DNA of 64,000 nt, taken from Candidatus Omnitrophota bacterium. GTDB taxonomy: Bacteria; Omnitrophota; Gorgyraeia; Gygaellales; Profunditerraquicolaceae. A model generated the notes under the pieces. It searched no databases, was not told where the DNA came from, and saw only the letters and a list, made by a program, of their open reading frames with translations. The stretch is taken from NCBI GenBank assembly GCA_025453395.1, contig JALOQK010000006.1, positions 22,539-86,538 on the forward strand, written 5' to 3'. Positions 49,103-58,202 of this stretch are shown in pieces (the first letter of the stretch is position 1; the number at the start of each line of letters is the position of its first letter). Both the position numbers and the translations under genes were made by a program.

Positions 49103-49630
49103 TTAAGATTTTTGCTTTAAGAATGAAATAAGATTGTGCAGGATAATAATAGGCTCTGGAGGGCAACCGGGAATATGAAGAACTACCGATCCCGTGATAG
49201 ATTGGATATCGCCTATGGCGTAATAGGAATCGCGGAAGATCCCTCCTTTTAACGCGCAATCTCCGACAGTTATGACAAATTTTGGCTCAGGCATGGAATT
49301 AAATGTTTTCTTAAGCGCAAGCGCCATATTTCTGGATACAGGCCCAGTTACTACAAGCGCATCCGCGTGACGGGGAGAAGCCACAAAATCTACGCCAAAA
49401 CGCTGAATATCATATATAGGATTGCTCAAGGCAATAAGCTCTGATTCACACGCCCCGCAGGAACCGGTATCCACTTCTCTTAAATGCAAAGACCTGCCAT
49501 AAAGTTTATGGATAATCTTCTTCAGCTGTTCCCCTGCAGAATCAATCTGGCGGCTTGATTCATCCTGCGGAAGGATAAACTTCTCTGTAAGCAGCCCCTT
49601 TTTAAAACTATTATTAATAATGTCAAACAT
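49103..49630 (-). CDS. HyfI/NuoB-like small Fe-S subunit of Ehr complex
   Basis: DTGSCGACE, ASPRHAD, TGPV, GDCA, PGCPP. Confidence 0.9.
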   Translation of the reverse strand: MFDIINNSFKKGLLTEKFILPQDESSRQIDSAGEQLKKIIHKLYGRSLHLREVDTGSCGACESELIALSNPIYDIQRFGVDFVASPRHADALVVTGPVSRNMALALKKTFNSMPEPKFVITVGDCALKGGIFRDSYYAIGDIQSITGSVVLHIPGCPPEPIIILHNLISFLKQKS

Positions 49631-49635
49631 AGGAT

Positions 49636-51201
49636 TTATAAATCGTTACCCGCGTAAGATAAGTCAAAACTTTTGTTGCACACGGGGAAATCCGGGACAA
49701 TGTTTCCTAATACGGAAATTGAAAGCCCTTGCCAATTCTGAAAAGAAGGATCAACAATTTTACAGCGTTCTATTTTACCATCTGAAACCTCCAGCCAATA
49801 GATAACCGGCCCCCGAGCGCCTTCTACAGCTCCAAGAGCATGGCCCTGAACAGGAAAATTAATCTTAGGGCTTTCTAAAACGTCTGTTTGTTTAGCAAAA
49901 ACATCTATTAAGCGCAAAGACTCCTCTATTTCGTCAAGCCGCACGATTAATCGCGATAGCACATCACCTCTATCTTTTTTAACCAAGCGAAAACCTGCCT
50001 GCAGATAACCTTCAGGAAATACGCGCCTTAGATCCAAAGAAACCCCGGATGATCTGCCAGCTAAACCAACCACTCCAAAGTCCTCGGCGGTTTTCTTGCG
50101 CAATATGCCGGTTTCATCAACCCTGTCCATAAAAGACACACTGCCGTAGAGTATACCCTGCGCCTCTTTTATGTCGCGCTTAATAAGCTTTAATTCATCA
50201 AGCATATACGCGACAGCCTCTTTGTCAAAAATATTGCGCGCAAAACCCAAAGATAAAACTCCTTTAAGATACCTATGCGCTGAAAGCTTTTTATTTAATC
50301 GCAATACCCTTTCTTTAAGAACAGATATAAATTGCGCGGGAAAGCTAAAACCTACATCTAGGGCAATGCCGCTTATAGCGGTAAAGTGATTATAAATTCT
50401 TTCCAATTCTAAACAAATCGCTCTTGTGTTAAATACGCCTGATGCGATTTTAACCCCTAAGATCGCTTCAGCTGCGCGGCAGAAAGCCCAAGAATAGCCT
50501 ATTACCGAATCACCAACCACACATTCAGACAACTTTAATCCCTGCTCAAGAGTTTTTCCTTCAAAAAGTTTTTCTACTCCCCGGTGAGTAAATCCAAGGC
50601 GAAGCTCTAAGTTCACAATCGGCTCTCCGGCAACGCTAAAATGAAAGTGCCCGGGGCCGATGATCCCGGCATGCACCGGGCCAACAGGAATTTCAAATAT
50701 CCCATCGCCTTCAACCTTATTAAATTGATATTCTTTTTTAGAAACAGCTTGAACAGGCGTAAAATCTTTGCGCAAAGGCAATGTTCCTTCGGGGCAAACT
50801 TCTTCATGCAAAACAAGCGATCTTTGATCGGGATTTCCTTCTGGGATAATCCCAAACATCTCTTTTATTTGCCGCTCAAATAGCGCAGAAGAATAGATAT
50901 CACAAGCCAAAGAATCAAAACTTAAAAAGCCCTCTGCAACAGAAATAACAATAGAAACCCACAGGGGAATTTCCTTAGCCAAGAACACGCATCTTATTTC
51001 AAAATTTCCGTTTACCTGCCTTTTGTCAACGGCAAAAAGCGCCATAACCGAAGAAGAAAGCTTTGTGTGCATAAAAAGGCAGGCGGCCTTAAAATCCTCT
51101 TTGTTTATGCGCACCTCTATTTCCATGCTATTTAAAAACAATACCTCAATCGGGTTAATGTTTTTTGCGCGCAAATCCCGGATGATATTTTCTGCCTGCA
51201 T
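49636..51201 (-). CDS. HyfG/NuoCD-like large subunit lacking NiFe ligands (EhrL)
   Basis: PLRKDF, GPVHAGIIGPGHF, HRGVEK, LELERIYNH, DPSFQNW; ends NKSFDLSYAGNDL instead of DPCxxC. Confidence 0.88.
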   Translation of the reverse strand: MQAENIIRDLRAKNINPIEVLFLNSMEIEVRINKEDFKAACLFMHTKLSSSVMALFAVDKRQVNGNFEIRCVFLAKEIPLWVSIVISVAEGFLSFDSLACDIYSSALFERQIKEMFGIIPEGNPDQRSLVLHEEVCPEGTLPLRKDFTPVQAVSKKEYQFNKVEGDGIFEIPVGPVHAGIIGPGHFHFSVAGEPIVNLELRLGFTHRGVEKLFEGKTLEQGLKLSECVVGDSVIGYSWAFCRAAEAILGVKIASGVFNTRAICLELERIYNHFTAISGIALDVGFSFPAQFISVLKERVLRLNKKLSAHRYLKGVLSLGFARNIFDKEAVAYMLDELKLIKRDIKEAQGILYGSVSFMDRVDETGILRKKTAEDFGVVGLAGRSSGVSLDLRRVFPEGYLQAGFRLVKKDRGDVLSRLIVRLDEIEESLRLIDVFAKQTDVLESPKINFPVQGHALGAVEGARGPVIYWLEVSDGKIERCKIVDPSFQNWQGLSISVLGNIVPDFPVCNKSFDLSYAGNDL

Positions 51202-51202
51202 A

Positions 51203-52660
51203 TTAAACCCCTCTTATGATGTCTGTTGCCTTATTAAGCAACACCTGTGCCTGCGGCAACAAACCCAATCCGAATAAAACAAGATACAAAGATAAAATAA
51301 TGAAAACTATTTTTACACTTAGCGCATCTTGAGAAGGTTCAATGGTTTTTGGCTTATTACCAAAAACTACTCTACCCAAATGCAGCAACAACCCCGCGAA
51401 TACAATTGCCATGGATAAAAGAAATAGCGCGGTCAACAGAAAATACTTTTGCGCTAAGGCAGCAACTAATATGGTGATTTTACTAGCAAAAATCGCAAAT
51501 GGCGGCATGCCAATGATAGCAAACATTCCGATTAAAACCACTACTCCTGTAAAAGGCATCACCTCAAGAACCCCTTGTATCAAGTTCATATTATGCGTCT
51601 TGTATTTCTTAACAATATTTCCGGCAGAAAAGAATAAAAGCGACTTAGCGCAGGCATGGTTAAAACAGTGAAACAAAGCCCCCAGAATCGCAAGCGGTGT
51701 CCCTATCCCAAAGCCAAAAACAATGATCCCGACATTTTCTATACTACTATAGGCTAAAAGCCGCTTGATATCTTTTTGCGCCAGCATAAATAGGCTTGCC
51801 ACAGCTATGGAAAATATTCCCGCGTAGAGCATCACCGTAAAAGCAAAATTTACCTCTAATGATTTATCCACGATGATCACAAAGCGCAAGATAGCGTAAA
51901 TAGATGTCTTTAGCAAAACGCCTGACAATAACGCGCTAATAGGGGTCATGGCTTGGCTATGCGCGTCCGGAAGCCATGTATGCATGGGAACTAATCCTGC
52001 CTTAGTGCCATAACCCACAAAGACAAATAAAAACGCAACCACTAATAATCTATGGTCAAGCTGAGCGGCAACGCTTACTATATCAGACCAATTCAAGCTT
52101 CTTATTCCGGCATGAAGCACCACATTGTAATACAATAATACTGTACCTAAGAGAGCGATAGTAATACCCACCGAACAAATAATAAGATACTTCCATGCTG
52201 CTTCCACTGAAGTTTTATTATTATAAAATCCTACCAGAAACGTAGAGGCAAGTGTCGTCATTTCAATGGCCACCCAAAGATGCCCCAGATTATCTACTAA
52301 AGTGGCAACAAGCATGCTAAAGACAAAAATATGGAAGAAGAAATAATATAAAGACTTCTTACGGGCGCTTAACTCTCCTTCTTCGGTATGCTCAAGATAA
52401 CCTTTAGAGTAAACAAGCGCCCAAAGGCTAACCCAGGTGATCAACAAAACAAAAAACACGCTTAACGCGTCGGCGCGCAGTAATCTTTCAAACACCACAA
52501 CCGGTTGCTTAACACAAATAGTATAGGCAAGGCCCATGCCCAATGCCAACATGGCCGCGTATAAAAAAACATTTATTAGCGCCAGCAAGCGTTTATTACG
52601 CAAAACCAATGAAAAGCATGCTGCCAAGAAAGGAAACGCTATTAAACAAACAAGTAACAT
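51203..52660 (-). CDS. hyfF: HyfF-like antiporter-type subunit
   Basis: WVAIEMTT, EAAWKY, GYGTKAGLVPMHTWLPDAHS, KRLLAYSSIEN. Confidence 0.85.
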   Translation of the reverse strand: MLLVCLIAFPFLAACFSLVLRNKRLLALINVFLYAAMLALGMGLAYTICVKQPVVVFERLLRADALSVFFVLLITWVSLWALVYSKGYLEHTEEGELSARKKSLYYFFFHIFVFSMLVATLVDNLGHLWVAIEMTTLASTFLVGFYNNKTSVEAAWKYLIICSVGITIALLGTVLLYYNVVLHAGIRSLNWSDIVSVAAQLDHRLLVVAFLFVFVGYGTKAGLVPMHTWLPDAHSQAMTPISALLSGVLLKTSIYAILRFVIIVDKSLEVNFAFTVMLYAGIFSIAVASLFMLAQKDIKRLLAYSSIENVGIIVFGFGIGTPLAILGALFHCFNHACAKSLLFFSAGNIVKKYKTHNMNLIQGVLEVMPFTGVVVLIGMFAIIGMPPFAIFASKITILVAALAQKYFLLTALFLLSMAIVFAGLLLHLGRVVFGNKPKTIEPSQDALSVKIVFIILSLYLVLFGLGLLPQAQVLLNKATDIIRGV

Positions 52661-52665
52661 CTTAC

Positions 52666-53301
52666 TTAACCCCTAAGCTGCGTTAAACGATTAACATCAA
52701 TATGGGTAAAAAGCCTATTTATCCGGTATAAAAATATCCCGGTAATAATAACACAAACAAATACGTCAAAGAATATGGCGATCTCCACGAAAAATGGCAT
52801 ACCGTCGGTAATTGCCGCGGCCAGAAGAAAGATCCCATTCTCCATGGTAAGTAACCCCACGATCTGAGTAATCGCCTTGGCTCTAAAGACCATAATAAAG
52901 AATCCAATAAACATAGTGACCATGGCAATAATAAGCGATATGCAGATAAGCGGGTCCTGATTGCGCAAAACTATTATCGCGAATAAAGAAGATACGAATG
53001 TAAACAATAACGCTGCCACCAAAGAAAGAAGCGGATTCATAAATAACCCCAAAGACTCATCAATATTTATTTTTTCCATAAGCCTTCTTAAATAATACGG
53101 AATGCCAAGCACTTTTATCATGACCAATAATACCGAGACAATATAAATCTCTAAATTCGCCGCTTTATAGGCAAAGGAAAAAGTTACAAGCGCCAAAAAC
53201 AATGATTGCAGGCGGAAACTTCTTATTAAGGCAGTTACCCTGCGGGTAATTACCATAGAATAAGCAAACATCATCATCCCCAATAAAAACGCATACATCA
53301 T
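52666..53301 (-). CDS. hyfE: HyfE-like membrane subunit
   Basis: QIVGLLTMENG, GMPFFVE..FFD, LTQLRG. Confidence 0.85.
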   Translation of the reverse strand: MMYAFLLGMMMFAYSMVITRRVTALIRSFRLQSLFLALVTFSFAYKAANLEIYIVSVLLVMIKVLGIPYYLRRLMEKINIDESLGLFMNPLLSLVAALLFTFVSSLFAIIVLRNQDPLICISLIIAMVTMFIGFFIMVFRAKAITQIVGLLTMENGIFLLAAAITDGMPFFVEIAIFFDVFVCVIITGIFLYRINRLFTHIDVNRLTQLRG

Positions 53302-53303
53302 CT

Positions 53304-54224
53304 TTATACTCCAAGCCTTGCCATGACTAACGCTAAAATAGAAAGCAAGAAACTAAAGCCTAAGAAATCTACCGCCCTAAAAAGGCGCATCTTGGCAAGC
53401 ATGATCTCTAATACGCTTATCGCAAAACCAATGCAAAATATTTTACCCATAAACCAAACAGCGGAAACAAGATAAACCTGCAAAGGATCCTGTAAAGAAA
53501 CCGGAAACGGCCAAAGAATACTAGCTAGCACAGAAAAGAAAAGCATCTGTTTTATATGCGCGCTTAATTCTAAGATGGCAAGAGACCTTCCCGAATACTC
53601 AAGAAGCATCGCTTCATGTATCATGGTCAATTCAAGATGAGTTTCTTGATTATCAACCGGAATCCGCGAAGTTTCCGCGATCACCACCAACAATAAAGAA
53701 ACAGAAGCAACTAATATCGATACAGGAGTATTTACCAAACTAAGCGCGGACGGTAAATTAAGGCTTCCGGATTTTAACCCCACTACCGCTATCGCGCTAA
53801 TCGCTACTGGTTCAGCTAAACTAGATATAAACATATCTCTGGAAGAACCCATTCCACCAAAAGAACTACCGGTGTCAAGGCCTGCTAAAACAAGAAAAAA
53901 CCTCCCTAGGGAAAGAAAAAAGAAAAGCGCCAACACTCCTCCAATAGCCGAAATCCCGCAAGAAAAATGAAACACCGGCACAAACAAAAACGCAGTTACA
54001 ACAGACGCCAGGACTATATAAGGAGAGGCGCGGAAAATAACAGAAGCATGCTGGGGGATTACCTCTTCTTTGGCAAAATACTTAAACATATTATAGTAAG
54101 GCTGTAAGACAGGGCTTCCTTTACGCATGTGAAGCGAATTCTTTAGCTTTCGCATAATCCCGCTTAAAAAAGGCGAAATCACGATAAGAATAATGATCTG
54201 CAGGAAGAAAAATAAAATTTCCAT
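53304..54224 (-). CDS. hyfC: HyfC/NuoH-like membrane subunit
   Basis: LQPYY, LDTGSSFGGMGSSR, AETSRIPVDN..HLELTMIHEAMLLEYSG. Confidence 0.88.
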   Translation of the reverse strand: MEILFFFLQIIILIVISPFLSGIMRKLKNSLHMRKGSPVLQPYYNMFKYFAKEEVIPQHASVIFRASPYIVLASVVTAFLFVPVFHFSCGISAIGGVLALFFFLSLGRFFLVLAGLDTGSSFGGMGSSRDMFISSLAEPVAISAIAVVGLKSGSLNLPSALSLVNTPVSILVASVSLLLVVIAETSRIPVDNQETHLELTMIHEAMLLEYSGRSLAILELSAHIKQMLFFSVLASILWPFPVSLQDPLQVYLVSAVWFMGKIFCIGFAISVLEIMLAKMRLFRAVDFLGFSFLLSILALVMARLGV

Positions 54225-54227
54225 ATT

Positions 54228-56045
54228 TTATCTTGTTAAAATAAAGACCATGACCCCGATAAACATAACTAAGATATACCCCAAATACCAATGGACGCTG
54301 CCCATCTGAAACAATTTAATGCGCTTAGCCGCTAGGAAAAACCCCCTTACTAAAGGCAGATAAAAATATTCCTTAAATACAGGGATAGTGCCTACTTCAT
54401 ATTTAAAACTTTTCACGTGATAATATGATTCCCTTAACTTCTCCACTTTTCTCTGGGGCAAGAAAAAGAAACTAAAGGCAATCCTAAAAGGCTTGGAAAA
54501 AGCTGTGGCAGTGTATTCGTTGCGCGCGGTCAACTTATAATAACCGCAATCCCAGGTTGAAGCGCGGGTCACCTTTGAAGGGCCAGCCAATATTCTGATT
54601 AAAAAATACACAAATAATAAAACCCCAATAAAAACGCCACCAATTAGCGGCATATTCAATAATGTTCCGGAAACTAAAATATTTTGCGTATCCACAATAG
54701 GCTGAGACGCTGTACCAATAATTCCTTGCGCTACCTGATTTAGGATTTGCCAAACAAAAGACGCAAACAGGCTCAAAACCAAAATCCCAACTGCCAATAT
54801 CCCCATTCCAATTTTCATACTCAAATTAATTTCCGCGGCTTGCTGGGCGCGCGCACTGCGTGGCATAGCTAGAAACCCAATACCAAAACATCTTACAAAA
54901 CAAGCTGCGGCCAAACCGCCTGTAACCGCTAAGCAGGCCATCATCATCACAAAAAATATTTTATACGCTCCAGTCAAAGAAACTGCCGCGCCAAAAAGGC
55001 TCTGCAATATCAACCATTCGCTGACAAAACCATTAAAAGGCGGAATCCCGGATATGGCAAGCGCGCCAACCAAGAAAAATCCGGCAGTCCAAGGCATAAG
55101 TTTTATCAAGCCGCCCATTTTCTCCAAGTCGCGCGTTCCGGTTGCTTTATAGACACTACCCGCGCCTAAGAAAAGAAGCCCCTTAAATACCGCGTGATTT
55201 AATAAATGAAATAACCCTGCGGCGCAGGCAATTACTGCAAGGACGTTTTGCTGTTTATACATAAGGACCATACTTGCGCCGATACCCAAAAGGATGATCC
55301 CTATATTCTCAACGCTTGAATAGGCCAATAATTTCTTGATATCGCGCTCCAAAAGAGCGTACATGACGCCTACTAAACAAGTTAATCCTGCCAAAAATAA
55401 AACACTTACTCCCCACCAAACTTGCGGCACTCCTAACATCCCTAAGGCTATTCTTAAGAAACCATAGATCGCAACTTTAATCATAACTCCAGACATAATA
55501 CTTGAAATATGCGACGGGGCTTGGGGATGTGCCAGGGGCAACCAGATATGAAGCGGAACAATCCCGGCTTTAGTTCCAAAACCAATCAGGAAGAATAGAA
55601 AAAGTATATTTTTAACGCCTAAAGGGATCAGGGGAATGCAATTTTTTACTGCAGTAAAATCAAACGACCCGGCGTAACCATAGATGATGATAAAACCTGC
55701 TGCTAAGAATGCAGTACCCACATGCGTCATTAGTAAATAAACCAACCCTGCGTCAACAGACTGATGGTGCTGGTGGTCAAAAACTACAAGAAAATATGAA
55801 ACTAACGACATTAATTCCCAAGCAAAAAGAAAAGCTAACAGATTAGAGACACATACAACTAGGGCCATGGATAAAATAAACAAAAGCGCCAACACAGTTA
55901 TCACAAATAACCGCATAGGCGCGTAATGTCCTTTTAAATACCCATAAGAATAGACTAAGGCTGGAACCGATACGATGGATAATACGGACAGAAATAGTAC
56001 AGAAAGAAAATCTATATGGAAGCTAATGTTATTTAATAGCCACAT
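54228..56045 (-). CDS. hyfB: HyfB/NuoL-like antiporter-type subunit
   Basis: WELMSLVSYFLV, GFGTKAGIVPLHIWLPLAHP.APSH, KLLAYSSVEN, NHAVFK, TWDCGY; start uncertain (ATG 56045 chosen since track start 56090 lies in a leader hairpin). Confidence 0.85.
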   Translation of the reverse strand: MWLLNNISFHIDFLSVLFLSVLSIVSVPALVYSYGYLKGHYAPMRLFVITVLALLFILSMALVVCVSNLLAFLFAWELMSLVSYFLVVFDHQHHQSVDAGLVYLLMTHVGTAFLAAGFIIIYGYAGSFDFTAVKNCIPLIPLGVKNILFLFFLIGFGTKAGIVPLHIWLPLAHPQAPSHISSIMSGVMIKVAIYGFLRIALGMLGVPQVWWGVSVLFLAGLTCLVGVMYALLERDIKKLLAYSSVENIGIILLGIGASMVLMYKQQNVLAVIACAAGLFHLLNHAVFKGLLFLGAGSVYKATGTRDLEKMGGLIKLMPWTAGFFLVGALAISGIPPFNGFVSEWLILQSLFGAAVSLTGAYKIFFVMMMACLAVTGGLAAACFVRCFGIGFLAMPRSARAQQAAEINLSMKIGMGILAVGILVLSLFASFVWQILNQVAQGIIGTASQPIVDTQNILVSGTLLNMPLIGGVFIGVLLFVYFLIRILAGPSKVTRASTWDCGYYKLTARNEYTATAFSKPFRIAFSFFFLPQRKVEKLRESYYHVKSFKYEVGTIPVFKEYFYLPLVRGFFLAAKRIKLFQMGSVHWYLGYILVMFIGVMVFILTR

Positions 56046-56051
56046 GATATT

Positions 56052-56098
56052 AAAAGCATAAGCGGGTGGCTTTGGGGATTCCATAACCACCCGCTTAT
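56052..56098 (-). promoter_or_regulatory. Leader hairpin between Ehr promoter and hyfB start
   Basis: Perfect 12-bp IR ataagcgggtgg (56058-69) / ccacccgcttat (56087-98), followed on minus strand by GCTTTT. Confidence 0.6.
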
Positions 56099-56123
56099 AT
56101 TAGTATTTAATTTTGTTGCCTTT

Positions 56124-56151
56124 ATTATACCGCCGGAGAAGATTTTGTCAA
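56124..56151 (-). promoter_or_regulatory. Consensus sigma70 promoter of Ehr operon
   Basis: TTGACA-N16-TATAAT. Confidence 0.8.
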
Positions 56152-56165
56152 GTAGGATCCCTAAA

Positions 56166-56465
56166 CTAATTTGGCATCTTGTGTTTCATCGGGCTTTCTG
56201 GCATAGGCATATTGTTTTGCCTATTCACATCCGTTTTTGAACACCCTATCTGCCCCATAGAAGCCTTGTTAAAATGATAAAATGTCTTTACTACTTTGAA
56301 AAATACCCCTGCCGCGCACAGCCACAAAAGCACCGCTATTGTATAACCGAATGCCTTCATTGCTTGCGCGTCCTGTTTTCGGGCAACCACAAGCACAAAG
56401 AAACTTACCGCCAAAATCACCACCGTATGAAGAAATAAAAATGTTCCGCTTTGTGTCATGCACAT
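56166..56465 (-). CDS. Small two-TM membrane protein with Met/Pro-rich tail
   Basis: Start ATG 56465 avoids overlap with upstream gene; resembles 381-674. Confidence 0.7.
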   Translation of the reverse strand: MCMTQSGTFLFLHTVVILAVSFFVLVVARKQDAQAMKAFGYTIAVLLWLCAAGVFFKVVKTFYHFNKASMGQIGCSKTDVNRQNNMPMPESPMKHKMPN

Positions 56466-56482
56466 TTCTTCGCCCCTTTCTC

Positions 56483-57238
56483 TTAACTGCCAACTTCTTT
56501 TAAAGATCTTTGATAAGTACAAAAGTCGCAATCCGCGCTGTATGTAGGCAAAACTCCACTTGTTAAACATTCACGCATCTTAAAGATCACCGGCTCAACC
56601 CAAGCATCATTACCTTCATAAGGAATAATCTTGATATCAAATTCTAATTTTGCGTCAAATGTATCCTTGCCGGTATTGCCATTACAATAAACAAAATATC
56701 CGGTTGGAGAAACTTTAAAGTTATTCTTTCGGAACAACCACTGATAAATTTCCATCTGCCTTTTATAGGAAATCTGCCAATCCGCATCTAAAGTTACCTC
56801 TTCATCCTTAGAAGTACTTTTGTAATCAACGATAAATAATTCTCCTGCAGGCCCCACCCAGACATCATCAATACCGCCGCCGATCAAAAGATTAGTTGGC
56901 ACATGCAAATATTCTATCCCGCCGCGCAGCGCATCTCGCCATAAATCCAGATCTTTATGCTGAAAGGGAATCGCTCTTACCCCAAATTTATCCATCAGAG
57001 GATGAACCTTCTTTTGCCCCCGGTAAAGATCAAATTCTTTTTTTAAAAGCTTATCTACCGCGGAATTCAAAGCAAACGGATACCCCGGAGGCTGGCCCAA
57101 ACCCAATCTTCTATCCAGATAAAAACAACGCGGGCAATTCACAAAAAGCTCTACCTTGGAACGGCTAAGCCGAAAAGGATATTTACTTTGCGGATCAAAT
57201 AAATTCTTAGTCCTTCTTCCGGTATAATATTTAGACAT
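56483..57238 (-). CDS. PD-(D/E)XK nuclease, Cas4/AddB-like with Fe-S cysteines
   Basis: LSRSK..CPRC, GGIDD..IVDYK, QMEIYQW, C-terminal CDFC. Confidence 0.85.
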   Translation of the reverse strand: MSKYYTGRRTKNLFDPQSKYPFRLSRSKVELFVNCPRCFYLDRRLGLGQPPGYPFALNSAVDKLLKKEFDLYRGQKKVHPLMDKFGVRAIPFQHKDLDLWRDALRGGIEYLHVPTNLLIGGGIDDVWVGPAGELFIVDYKSTSKDEEVTLDADWQISYKRQMEIYQWLFRKNNFKVSPTGYFVYCNGNTGKDTFDAKLEFDIKIIPYEGNDAWVEPVIFKMRECLTSGVLPTYSADCDFCTYQRSLKEVGS

Positions 57239-57241
57239 GCG

Positions 57242-57679
57242 TTATTTTTGCACTTTCTCCCAAAGCTCTATGCCACCTGGGATTTGATCAAATAAAGGAT
57301 TTAACTTTATTCGTTTAACTTTTAAAATTTCCTTAAAGCGGGCCTTATCTCTTTTCTTTGATTTAACTGCAAAATGCCTTAATTCAAAAACAACCTGCCC
57401 ACGTAAAACTTTTATTGGCTTAACCCTTTTATTAGGCTTAAATATCTTATCCTTCTGAAAATTATAACCTCTTAAGGTTGCTTCCTTATATATATTGTAT
57501 AGATAAAATCCGATTGCCTCAAGAGGTTTCGCATGCTGACGAAATCTTATAAGCTGGGGATGATTCTTATAACCTTTGGTCTTGCCAGAAAGGACCTTTT
57601 GCGCAAGAAGCGCTTCTCTCCATACGGCAAGTAATCCCTTTGTATCAAGATATTCCGGATGAATACTCCATAATCGCAT
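57242..57679 (-). CDS. Pyrimidine dimer DNA glycosylase / T4 endonuclease V family protein
   Basis: MRLWSIHPEYLD.KGL.A.WRE.LLAQKVL, GYKNHPQL.RF, RGYNF. Confidence 0.85.
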   Translation of the reverse strand: MRLWSIHPEYLDTKGLLAVWREALLAQKVLSGKTKGYKNHPQLIRFRQHAKPLEAIGFYLYNIYKEATLRGYNFQKDKIFKPNKRVKPIKVLRGQVVFELRHFAVKSKKRDKARFKEILKVKRIKLNPLFDQIPGGIELWEKVQK

Positions 57680-57710
57680 GTTGATATTATAAAGCTGGAT
57701 GGAACAGGCA

Positions 57711-58202
57711 TCAAGAAGATTTGGCAGGAAGAAATTTACTTAAAGCATAGAACAGTAAAACCAGCACTAAAGAATAAACTGCGATGTTAACTTTTTTTCT
57801 ACTTAAAGGATGAGTAATCGGGCTACCGGAAGCTATTTTTATTATCCCTGAAGCATGAATATCCAAATCTCCTCCATGCTCCCGGCAGGCTCGGTGAAAC
57901 GTTCCGGAAACTTCTACGATATCGCCTTTTTTCTGATAATCCCCTGCAAATTGAATGTTCTGAACCATTGCCTTGGGAACCCAAATACCAATGGCGATAA
58001 CGCCATCGTTTACATGCACCCAAGCGTAATCTTTGCGGATCATTATATCGCCTATAACTTCTCCTTTATAACTAACTATTTTACCCTCGTACTCTTTAGC
58101 ATTATTTATCAAATCCATACTTGTGAGTACCTGGGCATAACAATCAGCGCAAAGAACAGCCAGCATTAAACATAGCATCATAAAAAAGAGATAATTTTTC
58201 AT
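57711..58202 (-). CDS. Exported OB-fold-like protein with C-terminal TM, coupled to trkH
   Basis: Start ATG 58202 in ATGA overlap with trkH stop; signal peptide; GEVIGD, WVHVNDG, GDIVEVSGTF, HGGDLDIHA. Confidence 0.7.
   Translation of the reverse strand: MKNYLFFMMLCLMLAVLCADCYAQVLTSMDLINNAKEYEGKIVSYKGEVIGDIMIRKDYAWVHVNDGVIAIGIWVPKAMVQNIQFAGDYQKKGDIVEVSGTFHRACREHGGDLDIHASGIIKIASGSPITHPLSRKKVNIAVYSLVLVLLFYALSKFLPAKSS

Noticed and set aside
49636-51201. Functional group 4 [NiFe]-hydrogenase supplied by the NikR operon
   Set aside because: Both CxxC Ni-binding motifs are absent and no hyp or maturation protease genes are present
56483-57238. CRISPR-Cas locus
   Set aside because: No repeat-spacer array or other cas genes in the window
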